This document shows, piece by piece, positions 33,431-41,158 of a DNA stretch of 64,000 nucleotides. The stretch spans positions 90,894-154,893 of the forward strand of contig JBAYHI010000001.1 in the NCBI GenBank assembly GCA_041666205.1, in the 5' to 3' direction. The stretch is from Patescibacteria group bacterium. GTDB lineage: Bacteria > Patescibacteriota > Patescibacteriia > UBA9934. Every line of letters starts with the position of its first letter. Position 1 is the stretch's first letter. The translations under genes were made by a program, and so were the position numbers. Below the pieces are notes generated by a model that was given only the letters and a program-made list of their open reading frames with translations, did not search any database and was not told where the DNA came from.

Positions 33431-35389
33431 TTATTCGGTTGGTGTTGCGTCGGCTGGAACGTCTGTGACTTCCAGAGGGGTTTCTTCGGCTACGGGTGTG
33501 GTCTCTGCCGTTGCTAACGTATCTGTTCCTTTGCCAACCATGCAGATTTTTGGAAGCGATCGATAAACAGACGTATAGTTTTTGGAGAATTGAGTGCCAT
33601 CGGCGTATTCTACGAAGTAGTCAAAACTCGTGGTCGCGCCCGCGTGAGGGGATTGGCAACGCTCAACGCCTGGCGCCAGATCGGTTGTTTCAATGCGTTG
33701 TGCTTCCCCGTATCCGGTCCATTGCAATACTTGCGGGGCGCTATAATAGCCTTTGCGACCATCGGAGGTTCCCCAAAATGTGAAATAGATAATTTGATTT
33801 GAGGTGTTTACCTCGGTTGTGAGCAAAATGTAATTTGCCGTATCATTGGTGAATTTCAAATCCGGCGCTGGATCGTAGAGAGTGGCATCGGTTCCTGGTT
33901 TACCATTGGTTGGATCGTTGTAGTAGGAAATCACGAGAGAATGATTTGTGCGTTCATCAACGCGCAGACCCGAATTCATGACCGCGCGGAATGCGGTTGT
34001 TCCAATCTGGCATAGTCCACCTCCGATTTCTGGTTTGATTTCTGTGCCTTTAATCACGAGCTCTGGCAGATATCCATCAGCCACGGTAAATGGGCGCAAA
34101 TGTTCAATGAGTGAAATCGTCTCCCCTGGGGCAACTAGAAGCCCGTCGAGTTTTGATGCACCATGTTTAATGTTTGCAATGCGATTACTCGGAGACCCAC
34201 CATAATCGGATGTTCCAACACCCAGGATTTCTTGAATACCCAAGTTATTCGTGCTTCCGGTTGTAATTTCCGGGGGAACAGATTTTACAATAATTGGCGT
34301 GGATAGCTCTGCGCTCCCAAGGATACCAAGTAGGGCTTCTTGCGTTGCCGTTTCATTGAGCGCAATGCCTTCAAGACTACTTACAAATTCTGTAACCCGC
34401 CCGTTTTCCATGGTGAATTTTGCGTCTCGAGGCGCTACGTCGATGTCTCCATGAATTTCGGAGAAGAACGCTGCGATTGCACTGGCGTCAAGCGAAACAA
34501 TGAGTTCTTCTTCCAGATTTTTTGCTGGCACAATCCAATTCGCAATTTGCTCTTGCGAGATATCCCAGGCGAAGTTTTTTTGTTCCTGTGACGTATAGGT
34601 GAGGGTATAGGGCGCAGTCTCAACGATCGCTTTGGCGGTATCCAGGAGTGTTTCCGCTTCGGCAACCGATACGGGATTTTGCGTCTTCTCAAGAGAGAGC
34701 GTGAGTTTTTCCAGAGAAAAATCCTTCATGTCGGTTTGCAGGGTTTGCATGGCACTGTCGAGCGTGAGCTCTTCGCCAATGGTTCCTTCTTTTGCGCTCA
34801 CAACAATTTCATCTCCCTCAAAAACGACTTGGAAGTCCGTGACCATGCCTGGAGTTTCCTGATCGCCAAATAAGCGTTCGATTTCTTGTTGAATGGTTGC
34901 AGTATCGATGGTAATTTCCGGATCAATGGATACCCCTGTTGCAATGACCGAGCTTCCAACGAGCAAATGACGGGAAAAATTGGCGTCGCGTCCGGCAGAA
35001 AATGCTTTTTCCACAGCAGTATTTGCGTTGAAAGACACGAGATCGCGAATGAGATCAGGATCGGTTGACCCGCTCATGCGTAAATTGATTTTTTCGTTTG
35101 TGCCGTCAGGCCCTACCACGGTAAGACCGGCCTCGAGCATGTCGCGGTAGATTTTATTGAGGTAATCTTGTGCTTCCAGCTTAGTCATGGAGCCAACGGA
35201 AACATCGCCAACCGTGACGTGCGGATAAATGCGATTTTCAAAAACCTTGGCATAGGCAAGCAGGGAACTACCTGCTGTTAGAGCGCAGACCACAATCACC
35301 CCAAAGCCGATGGCGAATTTTTTACTGTGCTTGGCAAACCAGAGGCCTATTTTTTTGAAAAACGATCCGATTGCGTTGAAAATTTTCAT
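33431..35389 (-). CDS. VanW-family protein (N-terminal TM anchor)
   Basis: C-terminal VanW signature GGGLCQIGTTAFRAVMNSGL, with preceding repeats consistent with PG-binding-4/G5-like regions. Confidence 0.75.
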   Translation of the reverse strand: MKIFNAIGSFFKKIGLWFAKHSKKFAIGFGVIVVCALTAGSSLLAYAKVFENRIYPHVTVGDVSVGSMTKLEAQDYLNKIYRDMLEAGLTVVGPDGTNEKINLRMSGSTDPDLIRDLVSFNANTAVEKAFSAGRDANFSRHLLVGSSVIATGVSIDPEITIDTATIQQEIERLFGDQETPGMVTDFQVVFEGDEIVVSAKEGTIGEELTLDSAMQTLQTDMKDFSLEKLTLSLEKTQNPVSVAEAETLLDTAKAIVETAPYTLTYTSQEQKNFAWDISQEQIANWIVPAKNLEEELIVSLDASAIAAFFSEIHGDIDVAPRDAKFTMENGRVTEFVSSLEGIALNETATQEALLGILGSAELSTPIIVKSVPPEITTGSTNNLGIQEILGVGTSDYGGSPSNRIANIKHGASKLDGLLVAPGETISLIEHLRPFTVADGYLPELVIKGTEIKPEIGGGLCQIGTTAFRAVMNSGLRVDERTNHSLVISYYNDPTNGKPGTDATLYDPAPDLKFTNDTANYILLTTEVNTSNQIIYFTFWGTSDGRKGYYSAPQVLQWTGYGEAQRIETTDLAPGVERCQSPHAGATTSFDYFVEYADGTQFSKNYTSVYRSLPKICMVGKGTDTLATAETTPVAEETPLEVTDVPADATPTE

Positions 35390-35754
35390 ACATGTTTTCG
35401 AATAGGGACGCGCATTTCACCATGGCTTTTTTGCATTGTCAATGTAAGCACGCCATTTTTGAAAATTGCATCTGCCGAATCAGGATTTACGTGGTGTGGC
35501 AGAATAATCGAGCGCGAGAATCGACCCCAGAAACACTCCTCAAAATGGAAGGTGGCGTCGTGATACTCTTCGTTACTCTTCCGCTCCCCCCGGATGGTCA
35601 CCAAATCATTGGTTACATTGATTTCCAAGTCGTCGGGTTCTACGCCGGCAATCGCTGCACGAATAATAATCGCATCTGCTTTTTCAATCACATCAACAGC
35701 GAGTTGGCCTTCCTCGCCTTGGGTCCAAGCGTCAGATTGAAATTCCGTTTGCAT
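35386..35754 (-). CDS. Hsp20/alpha-crystallin small heat-shock protein
   Basis: Alpha-crystallin domain pattern (AIDV/VDV... GVLTLTM, then a C-terminal I-x-I-like PIRK). Confidence 0.85.
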   Translation of the reverse strand: MQTEFQSDAWTQGEEGQLAVDVIEKADAIIIRAAIAGVEPDDLEINVTNDLVTIRGERKSNEEYHDATFHFEECFWGRFSRSIILPHHVNPDSADAIFKNGVLTLTMQKSHGEMRVPIRKHV

Positions 35755-35756
35755 AT

Positions 35757-36458
35757 CTACGATCGCAAATCAAATCGGCGAATATACTCATACAAGGGCC
35801 CGAGCGCCAATCCAAACGTGGCAGACCAAATGAGGAGATCAACCGGAATATTCCAAAGCGTTGTATTGCTAAGAAGCGGGGCAATCGTAAAATCGATCTC
35901 TGCAAAATAGGATGCCATGCTCGCTGCAATAAAGACGACGATGGTGGTAAGGACCATGCTCCAAATACAATCCAAAAGCAGATCGTGACGATTTGCAACC
36001 ATGAGCATTGCAAGAATTGCTGCCACAAGCAGGGCAGCATACGGAAGAGGGAGCGGAAGCGTGACAACCAAAAATGCGATAGCCCAGAGGAATGCGAATA
36101 ACAGCCCAAACAATCGCAAAAACCAAAATTGCGCATGACTTTCTTCCTCGCGCGGTTTACGTCGCAGGCGATATGGGAGTCGGTGATAGTGTTTGCCAAA
36201 AATCACGTGGAAGAGCGTGCCTGCGAGCCCGGCCAAGAAAAACGCGAATAAAAAATCCGCAATCGTCACACGCGAAAACGTGAAGGCGATTTTTTCGCCA
36301 TGGGTGCCAAGCACGAGCATGAGCGGAAATAGAAATGCCACCATGCCGCCAAGCACGAGCATTTCACGCCGCAATTCCTTGAGAGAAACAAAGACAAAAA
36401 CCCACACCGCAATCAAAACCAAAATCACGAGGTGATAGTACGTGAAGAGTGACCACAT
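35757..36458 (-). CDS. polytopic integral membrane protein, function unknown
   Basis: About 7 hydrophobic segments; no recognisable catalytic motif. Confidence 0.5.
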   Translation of the reverse strand: MWSLFTYYHLVILVLIAVWVFVFVSLKELRREMLVLGGMVAFLFPLMLVLGTHGEKIAFTFSRVTIADFLFAFFLAGLAGTLFHVIFGKHYHRLPYRLRRKPREEESHAQFWFLRLFGLLFAFLWAIAFLVVTLPLPLPYAALLVAAILAMLMVANRHDLLLDCIWSMVLTTIVVFIAASMASYFAEIDFTIAPLLSNTTLWNIPVDLLIWSATFGLALGPLYEYIRRFDLRS

Positions 36459-36548
36459 ATTGCTCTTATTTTACACTAAGTTTCGCAAAGTGAGCAGGGG
36501 AAAAGTGTGCGCAGTGGAAAAATAGAGCTTTTTCGTTTATGCTATGGC

Positions 36549-37598
36549 CATATGGCACAACCTTTTTCTTCCGAAAACACGACGCGTTGGTTCTTTTTAA
36601 TCATCGCGGTTATTGTTTTGTACCTTTTTTGGAGCATTATTTCGCCCTACGCGATGGCACTCGCAACTGCAATTATTTTTGCCATGATTTTTGCGCCGGT
36701 CGAGAAATGGATTCGAAAATATGCGCGTTCGCCAAAGCTATCCTCGTTTTTGGTTGTGCTGGGTGTCTGTGTGGTTGTGCTCGCTCCGCTTTCTGGCATT
36801 GCAATTTTAATTGCCGAGCAATCATCCGACATTGTGCAGATGTCTATTGCTGATGGTGGATGGCTTTCTACGTTTGACCCGGCAAAAAATCCGCTGTTCT
36901 TGATGCTTCCGGGTGTTGTGCAAGAGCAGGTGATGGCGCTCAATTTTGTGGAGATTGGGAAAAGCGCTGCGCAATGGGTCTTTGAAAATCTCGGAAACGT
37001 TTTCTCCCGCGGCACGAGCTTCATTATTTCGTTTGGTATTTTCCTCATGAGTTTCTATTTCTTCCTCACTGAACGCGAGGGGATTTACAAGCAGGCGCTC
37101 GAACTCAGTCCTTTTAAAAATAAAATCGACGATGGGATTATTCGCAGAATCATTGGCACCGTGCGCTCGATTGTTTTGGGTGCGCTAATCATTGCGTTGG
37201 TGCAAGCAACGCTTGGAAGTATTGGAATGACGATTTTTGGCGTGCCGGGTGCCTTGCTTTGGGGAGCGCTTTTGATTGTTGCTTCGCAAGTGCCTGTGGT
37301 TGGAACAAGCGCGATTATGATTCCCGCAATTGCGTATTTGGCACTCACAGGGCACCCACTCAATGCGCTTGGACTTTTGATTTGGGCCGTGATTGCAGTA
37401 GGATCGATTGATAATTTGCTTTCGCCGTTTATTGTTGGATCGCAAACCAAGATGCCAACAATCTTTGTACTGATTTCGATTCTTGGCGGATTGCAGTTCT
37501 TCGGGCCAATTGGATTTATTTTAGGGCCGACGGTTTTGGCCGGTGTATTTGTGATCATCGATTTGTACAAGAGCGGAATTTTGGCGAGCGCAAAATAG
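36549..37598 (+). CDS. AI-2E family transporter (PerM/YhhT-like permease)
   Basis: Eight-TM topology with the characteristic central loop and C-terminal GGLQFFGPIGFILGPTVLA. The start was placed at MAQPF (the ORF-track start is 36507). Confidence 0.7.
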   Translation, partial: HMAQPFSSENTTRWFFLIIAVIVLYLFWSIISPYAMALATAIIFAMIFAPVEKWIRKYARSPKLSSFLVVLGVCVVVLAPLSGIAILIAEQSSDIVQMSIADGGWLSTFDPAKNPLFLMLPGVVQEQVMALNFVEIGKSAAQWVFENLGNVFSRGTSFIISFGIFLMSFYFFLTEREGIYKQALELSPFKNKIDDGIIRRIIGTVRSIVLGALIIALVQATLGSIGMTIFGVPGALLWGALLIVASQVPVVGTSAIMIPAIAYLALTGHPLNALGLLIWAVIAVGSIDNLLSPFIVGSQTKMPTIFVLISILGGLQFFGPIGFILGPTVLAGVFVIIDLYKSGILASAK

Positions 37599-37612
37599 AA
37601 ATTCATGATTTT

Positions 37613-37651
37613 CCGTAGGGGCAGGTCGCGACCTGCCCGTACGAAAACGAT
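37613..37651. repeat. family-1 GC-rich palindromic element (CCGTAGGGGCAGGTCGCGACCTGCCCGTACG)
   Basis: A near-perfect 15-bp inverted repeat at the left boundary of GC-rich island D. Confidence 0.65.
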
Positions 37652-37739
37652 TTTCGTTTTCAAAAAAAAAACGACCCCTCCGGCCGAGACGTGGTGTGGC
37701 GGAGGGGCAGGGGGAGGGGCGCCCCGGGAGTGGGCGGAG

Positions 37740-38270
37740 CTACATGCCGGCGTTGCCCAGGGGGCCGAAGGGAATCGGATCGGTCGCGAAGGCTGGCGGG
37801 CGAAGCTTGAGCAGGGCGGAGCACAGTGATCGCTCTTCGGTGAGTACCTCGGTTCTTCTCTTCTCCATCGTCTGGATGGCGAGGTCGATGAGTGCCTGGA
37901 TCTTGTTGCCGAAGTACCACGAGGTTTCTCCGATCTTCATCACGAAGACGATCTCGTGGTTGTTGTCTCGCTCTGCGACGTAGATGAACTTTTCCTCGTC
38001 CCGTAGACCGCCACGGTAATACGTGACGATCTGTTCGGGCATCACAAGCCTCGCGATGACGGTGAATTTGAAGTAGGTCTTGTCCACGTCAAATTCAGTG
38101 GGGAACATCTCGCTGAGAGGCAGAGACACAGGTCCTCCAATATCCAGCAATTGCCGGAACGGTGGTGAACGGTAGGCGGAAATGGGGAATTGGTCAAGGT
38201 CTTGAGGTGCGTGAACAAAAACTCCCCATATTCGCACCGTCTTTTCAATTCTTGGAGAGAGCCAAGTCAT
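37740..38270 (-). CDS. hypothetical protein D1 (176 aa), GC-rich island D
   Basis: A long ORF with GC-rich codon usage, last gene of a co-oriented run; no recognisable motif. Confidence 0.45.
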   Translation of the reverse strand: MTWLSPRIEKTVRIWGVFVHAPQDLDQFPISAYRSPPFRQLLDIGGPVSLPLSEMFPTEFDVDKTYFKFTVIARLVMPEQIVTYYRGGLRDEEKFIYVAERDNNHEIVFVMKIGETSWYFGNKIQALIDLAIQTMEKRRTEVLTEERSLCSALLKLRPPAFATDPIPFGPLGNAGM

Positions 38271-38331
38271 GAATAAACGGCACGAATGTGGGGAGTTTGA
38301 TTTTGCAGGGAAGCGAGCGCTCGAAGAATGG

Positions 38332-38610
38332 TTAGTTCTCGAGCACTCGCCAGAAGATCGCGTCGACGATCTCGGTGACCGGACCGCCCTCGTATTCGGA
38401 GAGGTGGTCGATTTCCGAGAGAAGGCGGAATTCGATCTCCGCGCCGTTTTCCTCGATGAGGATTAGGCACGAGAGACTAATCACCTCGCGATCGTCGAGC
38501 AGATACCCTGCGCCGCAAGCGCAGGAATGCCGGTACTCGTTCCCGTACTGCTTGGGGAGCCGAAGCTCCCCGTGGCAAAACGGGCAAACGAACGGGGGCC
38601 ACTCGGGCAT
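38332..38610 (-). CDS. hypothetical small zinc-ribbon protein D2 (about 92 aa)
   Basis: ATG at 38610 preceded by GGAGGATCCC (SD); CPFCHGE...HSCACG gives a CxxC...CxC candidate zinc ribbon. Confidence 0.5.
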   Translation of the reverse strand: MPEWPPFVCPFCHGELRLPKQYGNEYRHSCACGAGYLLDDREVISLSCLILIEENGAEIEFRLLSEIDHLSEYEGGPVTEIVDAIFWRVLEN

Positions 38611-38752
38611 GGGATCCTCCGAATTTTTAACTCTCAAGACCTACGATTGCTCGCGGGTCTATTCGAGTCCCGGATGTTTAGTACATCCGGGGAGACGACC
38701 TCCAAAGTTGAAGGATTTTGCCACAGATCGCTGTGGCCCGGTTTCGGTGGGG

Positions 38753-39298
38753 CTAGAAGTCGTTGTCGCCGTCTTCCTCCTCGACCGTGTGGCGGTGGAT
38801 GACCACGACCTCGTCGGGATCGCATCCCTCGCCACACTCCACCGGGGTTTCTTCCTGCTCCTCAGTGAGCGGGAATTCCCTTTGGATGCGTTCGGAGTCG
38901 ATGCCAGCGGCCTCGGCGCGGTCTCGCGCGGAGGAGATCGCATGCCACGGGCCGGCGTCGATCTCGACCTCGAGTTGCATGCTGGAATTTTGGGGCTTGC
39001 ACCACACCAACCGTGCTTTCGACGATCCGCCCCCGTATTCGACATAGTAGTATCCCGGACCCTTCCACACGAATTCGATGGGGGCAGGGCCGTGCTGGGG
39101 GTCGAAGTTATCCTCGTCGGCCTCAGCTGCTTCGAACGCCGTCTCGACGGCGACGAGGATCGAGCACGGGTCCACCTCGGTGAGCATGAAGTGCTTGGGG
39201 GCGAGGCCCCCGAAGCGACCGGCCGCGGCCTTGAATGCCACAACCGCTTCAGTGAGCTGCTCGACGCCATAAACCACCCGCAGAATTTTCTGGAACAT
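38753..39298 (-). CDS. hypothetical acidic protein D3 (181 aa)
   Basis: ATG at 39298 preceded by AAGGAGAT (SD); the acidic C-terminus contains ECGEGCDPDE. The longer overlapping Ser/Arg-rich ORFs on this and the other strand look like GC-driven artifacts. Confidence 0.5.
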   Translation of the reverse strand: MFQKILRVVYGVEQLTEAVVAFKAAAGRFGGLAPKHFMLTEVDPCSILVAVETAFEAAEADEDNFDPQHGPAPIEFVWKGPGYYYVEYGGGSSKARLVWCKPQNSSMQLEVEIDAGPWHAISSARDRAEAAGIDSERIQREFPLTEEQEETPVECGEGCDPDEVVVIHRHTVEEEDGDNDF

Positions 39299-39397
39299 CT
39301 CGATCTCCTTCGAACTCCCATTTTTTTATCCGCTGGGATAGCGGGTTGCTGGATCTCTTGCCTTTGCTCGCTCCGACCCCTCTGGTCGGTTTACAGG

Positions 39398-39451
39398 CAT
39401 CGGCTTGAAAGTCCCACCGCAATCCTTGATTGAATCAAGGACTCTGGTGGG
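39398..39451 (-). promoter_or_regulatory. conserved intergenic element copy 1 (CATYGGCTTGAAAGTCCCAYC...TCTGGTGGG) containing the perfect 17-bp palindrome CCTTGATTGAATCAAGG
   Basis: It shares both ends with the copy at 39986-40042. The palindrome at 39424-39441 sits about 100 nt upstream of D3. Confidence 0.45.
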
Positions 39452-39492
39452 CGGGAAGACGATCGGTCTGCCTTCCCAAGAAGTTGTGCGAC

Positions 39493-39924
39493 TCAGTTGC
39501 AGTCGCTATCGTTCCAGTCGACGCGACCATCACAGTCGTCGTCGATTTGGTTACTGCAATACTCACTTTCTGGACCACCCGGGCGGGTGGTCGCATCGTT
39601 GTCGTTGCAGTCGTCGTCGTTGGCGACGTACCCGATCGGCTGCTCGCACGACTCGAAATCGTGTCGCTGGTCCCCGAAGTCGTCGTTGTCCAAATCGCGG
39701 AACCAGGTTTCTGCGTCGACCGCGTCGTTTTCGTCGATGTTGTCGTCGCAGTCGTTGTCGATTCCGTCGCAGTACTCGTCCGCGTCGGGGTAGACGTCGA
39801 CATCCTCGTCGTCGCAGTCGCCGTCGATCACTGCGTACCCGTCACCGTCGAAATCGGCATATTCCGGGGGCAGTTCCGTGCAAGCGGACAGAGCGAGGAA
39901 CAGGGCGATGATGTTACGGTACAT
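39493..39924 (-). CDS. secreted lipoprotein D4 with Asp/Cys-rich calcium-binding-type repeats (thrombospondin-type-3-like DxDxDGxxDxxD / DCDD motifs)
   Basis: Signal peptide with lipobox LSAC, then repeated DGDGYAVIDGDCDDEDVD, DGIDNDCDDNIDEND and NDDDCNDND blocks. Confidence 0.55.
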   Translation of the reverse strand: MYRNIIALFLALSACTELPPEYADFDGDGYAVIDGDCDDEDVDVYPDADEYCDGIDNDCDDNIDENDAVDAETWFRDLDNDDFGDQRHDFESCEQPIGYVANDDDCNDNDATTRPGGPESEYCSNQIDDDCDGRVDWNDSDCN

Positions 39925-39985
39925 GGCTTCTCCTGAAAGCGGATCTTTCGCTTCTGCTCATTCCGACCGATATGGCCGAAGAAAG

Positions 39986-40042
39986 CATTGGCTTGAAAGT
40001 CCCATCACATGACTCGAACATGCGTTCAAGTAATCTGGTGGG
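39986..40042 (-). promoter_or_regulatory. conserved intergenic element copy 2, with the imperfect palindrome TTGAACGCATGTTCGA
   Basis: Same flanks as copy 1 (GGCTTGAAAGTCCCA and TCTGGTGGG), about 60 nt upstream of D4. Confidence 0.45.
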
Positions 40043-40121
40043 TCCCCGACAGTCGTAGTGAGTCGGGAACACGTTCGCCATTTCACGTAGCCTTGAAACG
40101 GTGATAAAGAGGCTTGAGCTT

Positions 40122-40409
40122 CTAGAGCTCGATCGCGTAGGTCGAGAACGCGTTCCGCATCCCGAGGTTGAAGTCCTCCGGGACCGGGACGCGGGGCAGG
40201 TTGGTCTGGGCCTCGATGACCCGCACCTTCTCCTCACCCCAGACGTGGATGTAGAGCTCGGGCGTCTGGGTCTCGTAGAGCCGCTCGACGCGGGCGCGTT
40301 CTGCTGCCTCGTCGGCCGTTGGCCTGCGGTACACGCTGTGACACGGCTCATTGCCATTGAAGAATTGGATGACGTAGATGGTCTTGGGGGTCTGGGTCGT
40401 CTCTTCCAC
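40122..40409 (-). CDS. hypothetical protein D5 (95 aa, GTG start)
   Basis: GTG at 40409 preceded by AGGAGAGACC (SD); first gene after the upstream promoter/RNA unit. Confidence 0.4.
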   Translation of the reverse strand: MEETTQTPKTIYVIQFFNGNEPCHSVYRRPTADEAAERARVERLYETQTPELYIHVWGEEKVRVIEAQTNLPRVPVPEDFNLGMRNAFSTYAIEL

Positions 40410-40561
40410 GGTCTCTCCTGGCCGTCCAATGCATGGATCGGCTGAAGGGTCTTCCGACTACGAATCAAGAGCGGAGCGCTCAAGACCCAGTCGGAGAACT
40501 GAACGCTCCATTTTGCGAGCGTCGTCGATGCGATGAATGAATCATCGGTTCGCGACGCTTA

Positions 40562-40777
40562 CAAAAAACAGAGCTTTTCCTTATTCTTTGAAAGAAAGAG
40601 GAAAAACTCTGTTTTTCGAGTATCAAACTCGAAATGACCAACTGGGAATTGCTTCCCTTATTGATCTGCCTTGTCACCCCAGGCTCGGGCTCTCTCTTAG
40701 GACTAATGGATTCTACCGGACGTTTCGTGTTTCTTTTAAGCAGTGAATCAACCGTAACTTTCTCTCATCTCAACCAC
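40562..40777 (-). ncRNA. candidate ~216-nt RNA or regulated leader upstream of island D
   Basis: Starts about 7 nt after the TATAGT of the promoter at 40784-40812 and ends in a 15-bp-stem intrinsic terminator (AACAGAGUUUUUCCU...AGGAAAAGCUCUGUU plus U6, plus-strand 40561-40625). It contains the GNRA-capped hairpin GGGAAGCAAUUCCC and no ORF with an SD. Confidence 0.4.
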
Positions 40778-40783
40778 GCATAT

Positions 40784-40812
40784 ACTATACCATAATTTGG
40801 AGCTTTTGTCAA
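40784..40812 (-). promoter_or_regulatory. consensus-like sigma70 promoter (TTGACA-17-TATAGT) between tRNA-Glu and island D
   Basis: On the minus strand, TTGACA is the reverse complement of 40807-40812 and TATAGT of 40784-40789; AT-rich UP-like sequence lies upstream. Confidence 0.5.
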
Positions 40813-40975
40813 CCGTAGAATTTGGCTAAAAGCCTTATTTTAAGCCAAATTTTTAGGTTTTTGGCTAACTTTTGAGGGCGAAAAAGGGCCGGGAATCCGA
40901 ACCCCTATCAATCCGGGTTCGATTCCAGATACGAACAATCCCTCATAGCTCCAGCTTTGCTGGAGCGACGAGGGA

Positions 40976-41050
40976 TGGTGACCCTACCGGGAATCGAACC
41001 CGGATTGCAGGCTTGAAAAGCCCGCGTCCTAACCGTTAGACGATAGGGCC
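40976..41050 (-). tRNA. tRNA-Glu (anticodon TTC)
   Basis: Reverse complement GGCCCTATCGTCTAACGGTTAGGACGCGGGC-TTTTCAA-GCCTG...CCGGGTTCGATTCCCGG-TAGGGTC-A-CCA. Confidence 0.8.
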
Positions 41051-41158
41051 GAAATGCGGGAGTAGAATATGATAATTTTTGGTTTCTGTCAATAAATCCT
41101 TCATAAACGGCAAAACCCTCCTTCGTCCCGTCAAACGGGACTCCGGAGGGCGAGAGGG

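Noticed and set aside
38375-39433. 352-aa plus-strand ORF, and the 220-aa Ser/Arg-rich minus ORF at 38659-39321
   Set aside because: They are Arg/Ser/Pro-rich, low-complexity translations overlapping the better-supported minus-strand genes D2 and D3, which have SD sites. They look like frame artifacts of high-GC sequence.
39405-39936. Arg-rich 168-aa plus-strand ORFs
   Set aside because: They are antisense to the lipoprotein gene D4, whose Asp/Cys repeat structure is coherent; their composition (RRRS...) marks them as artifacts.
40562-40777. SRP (4.5S) or 6S RNA identity for the island D leader RNA
   Set aside because: AAGGCAGAU and a GNRA hairpin recall SRP domain IV, but the element order and the symmetric-loop motifs do not match. 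There is also no 6S-like end-to-end pairing.
40885-40935. Possible second tRNA downstream of tRNA-Glu
   Set aside because: It cannot be folded into a cloverleaf: T-arm-like pieces are present but the acceptor pairing and the conserved A58 are missing. It is treated as a tRNA-derived fragment or inverted repeat only.
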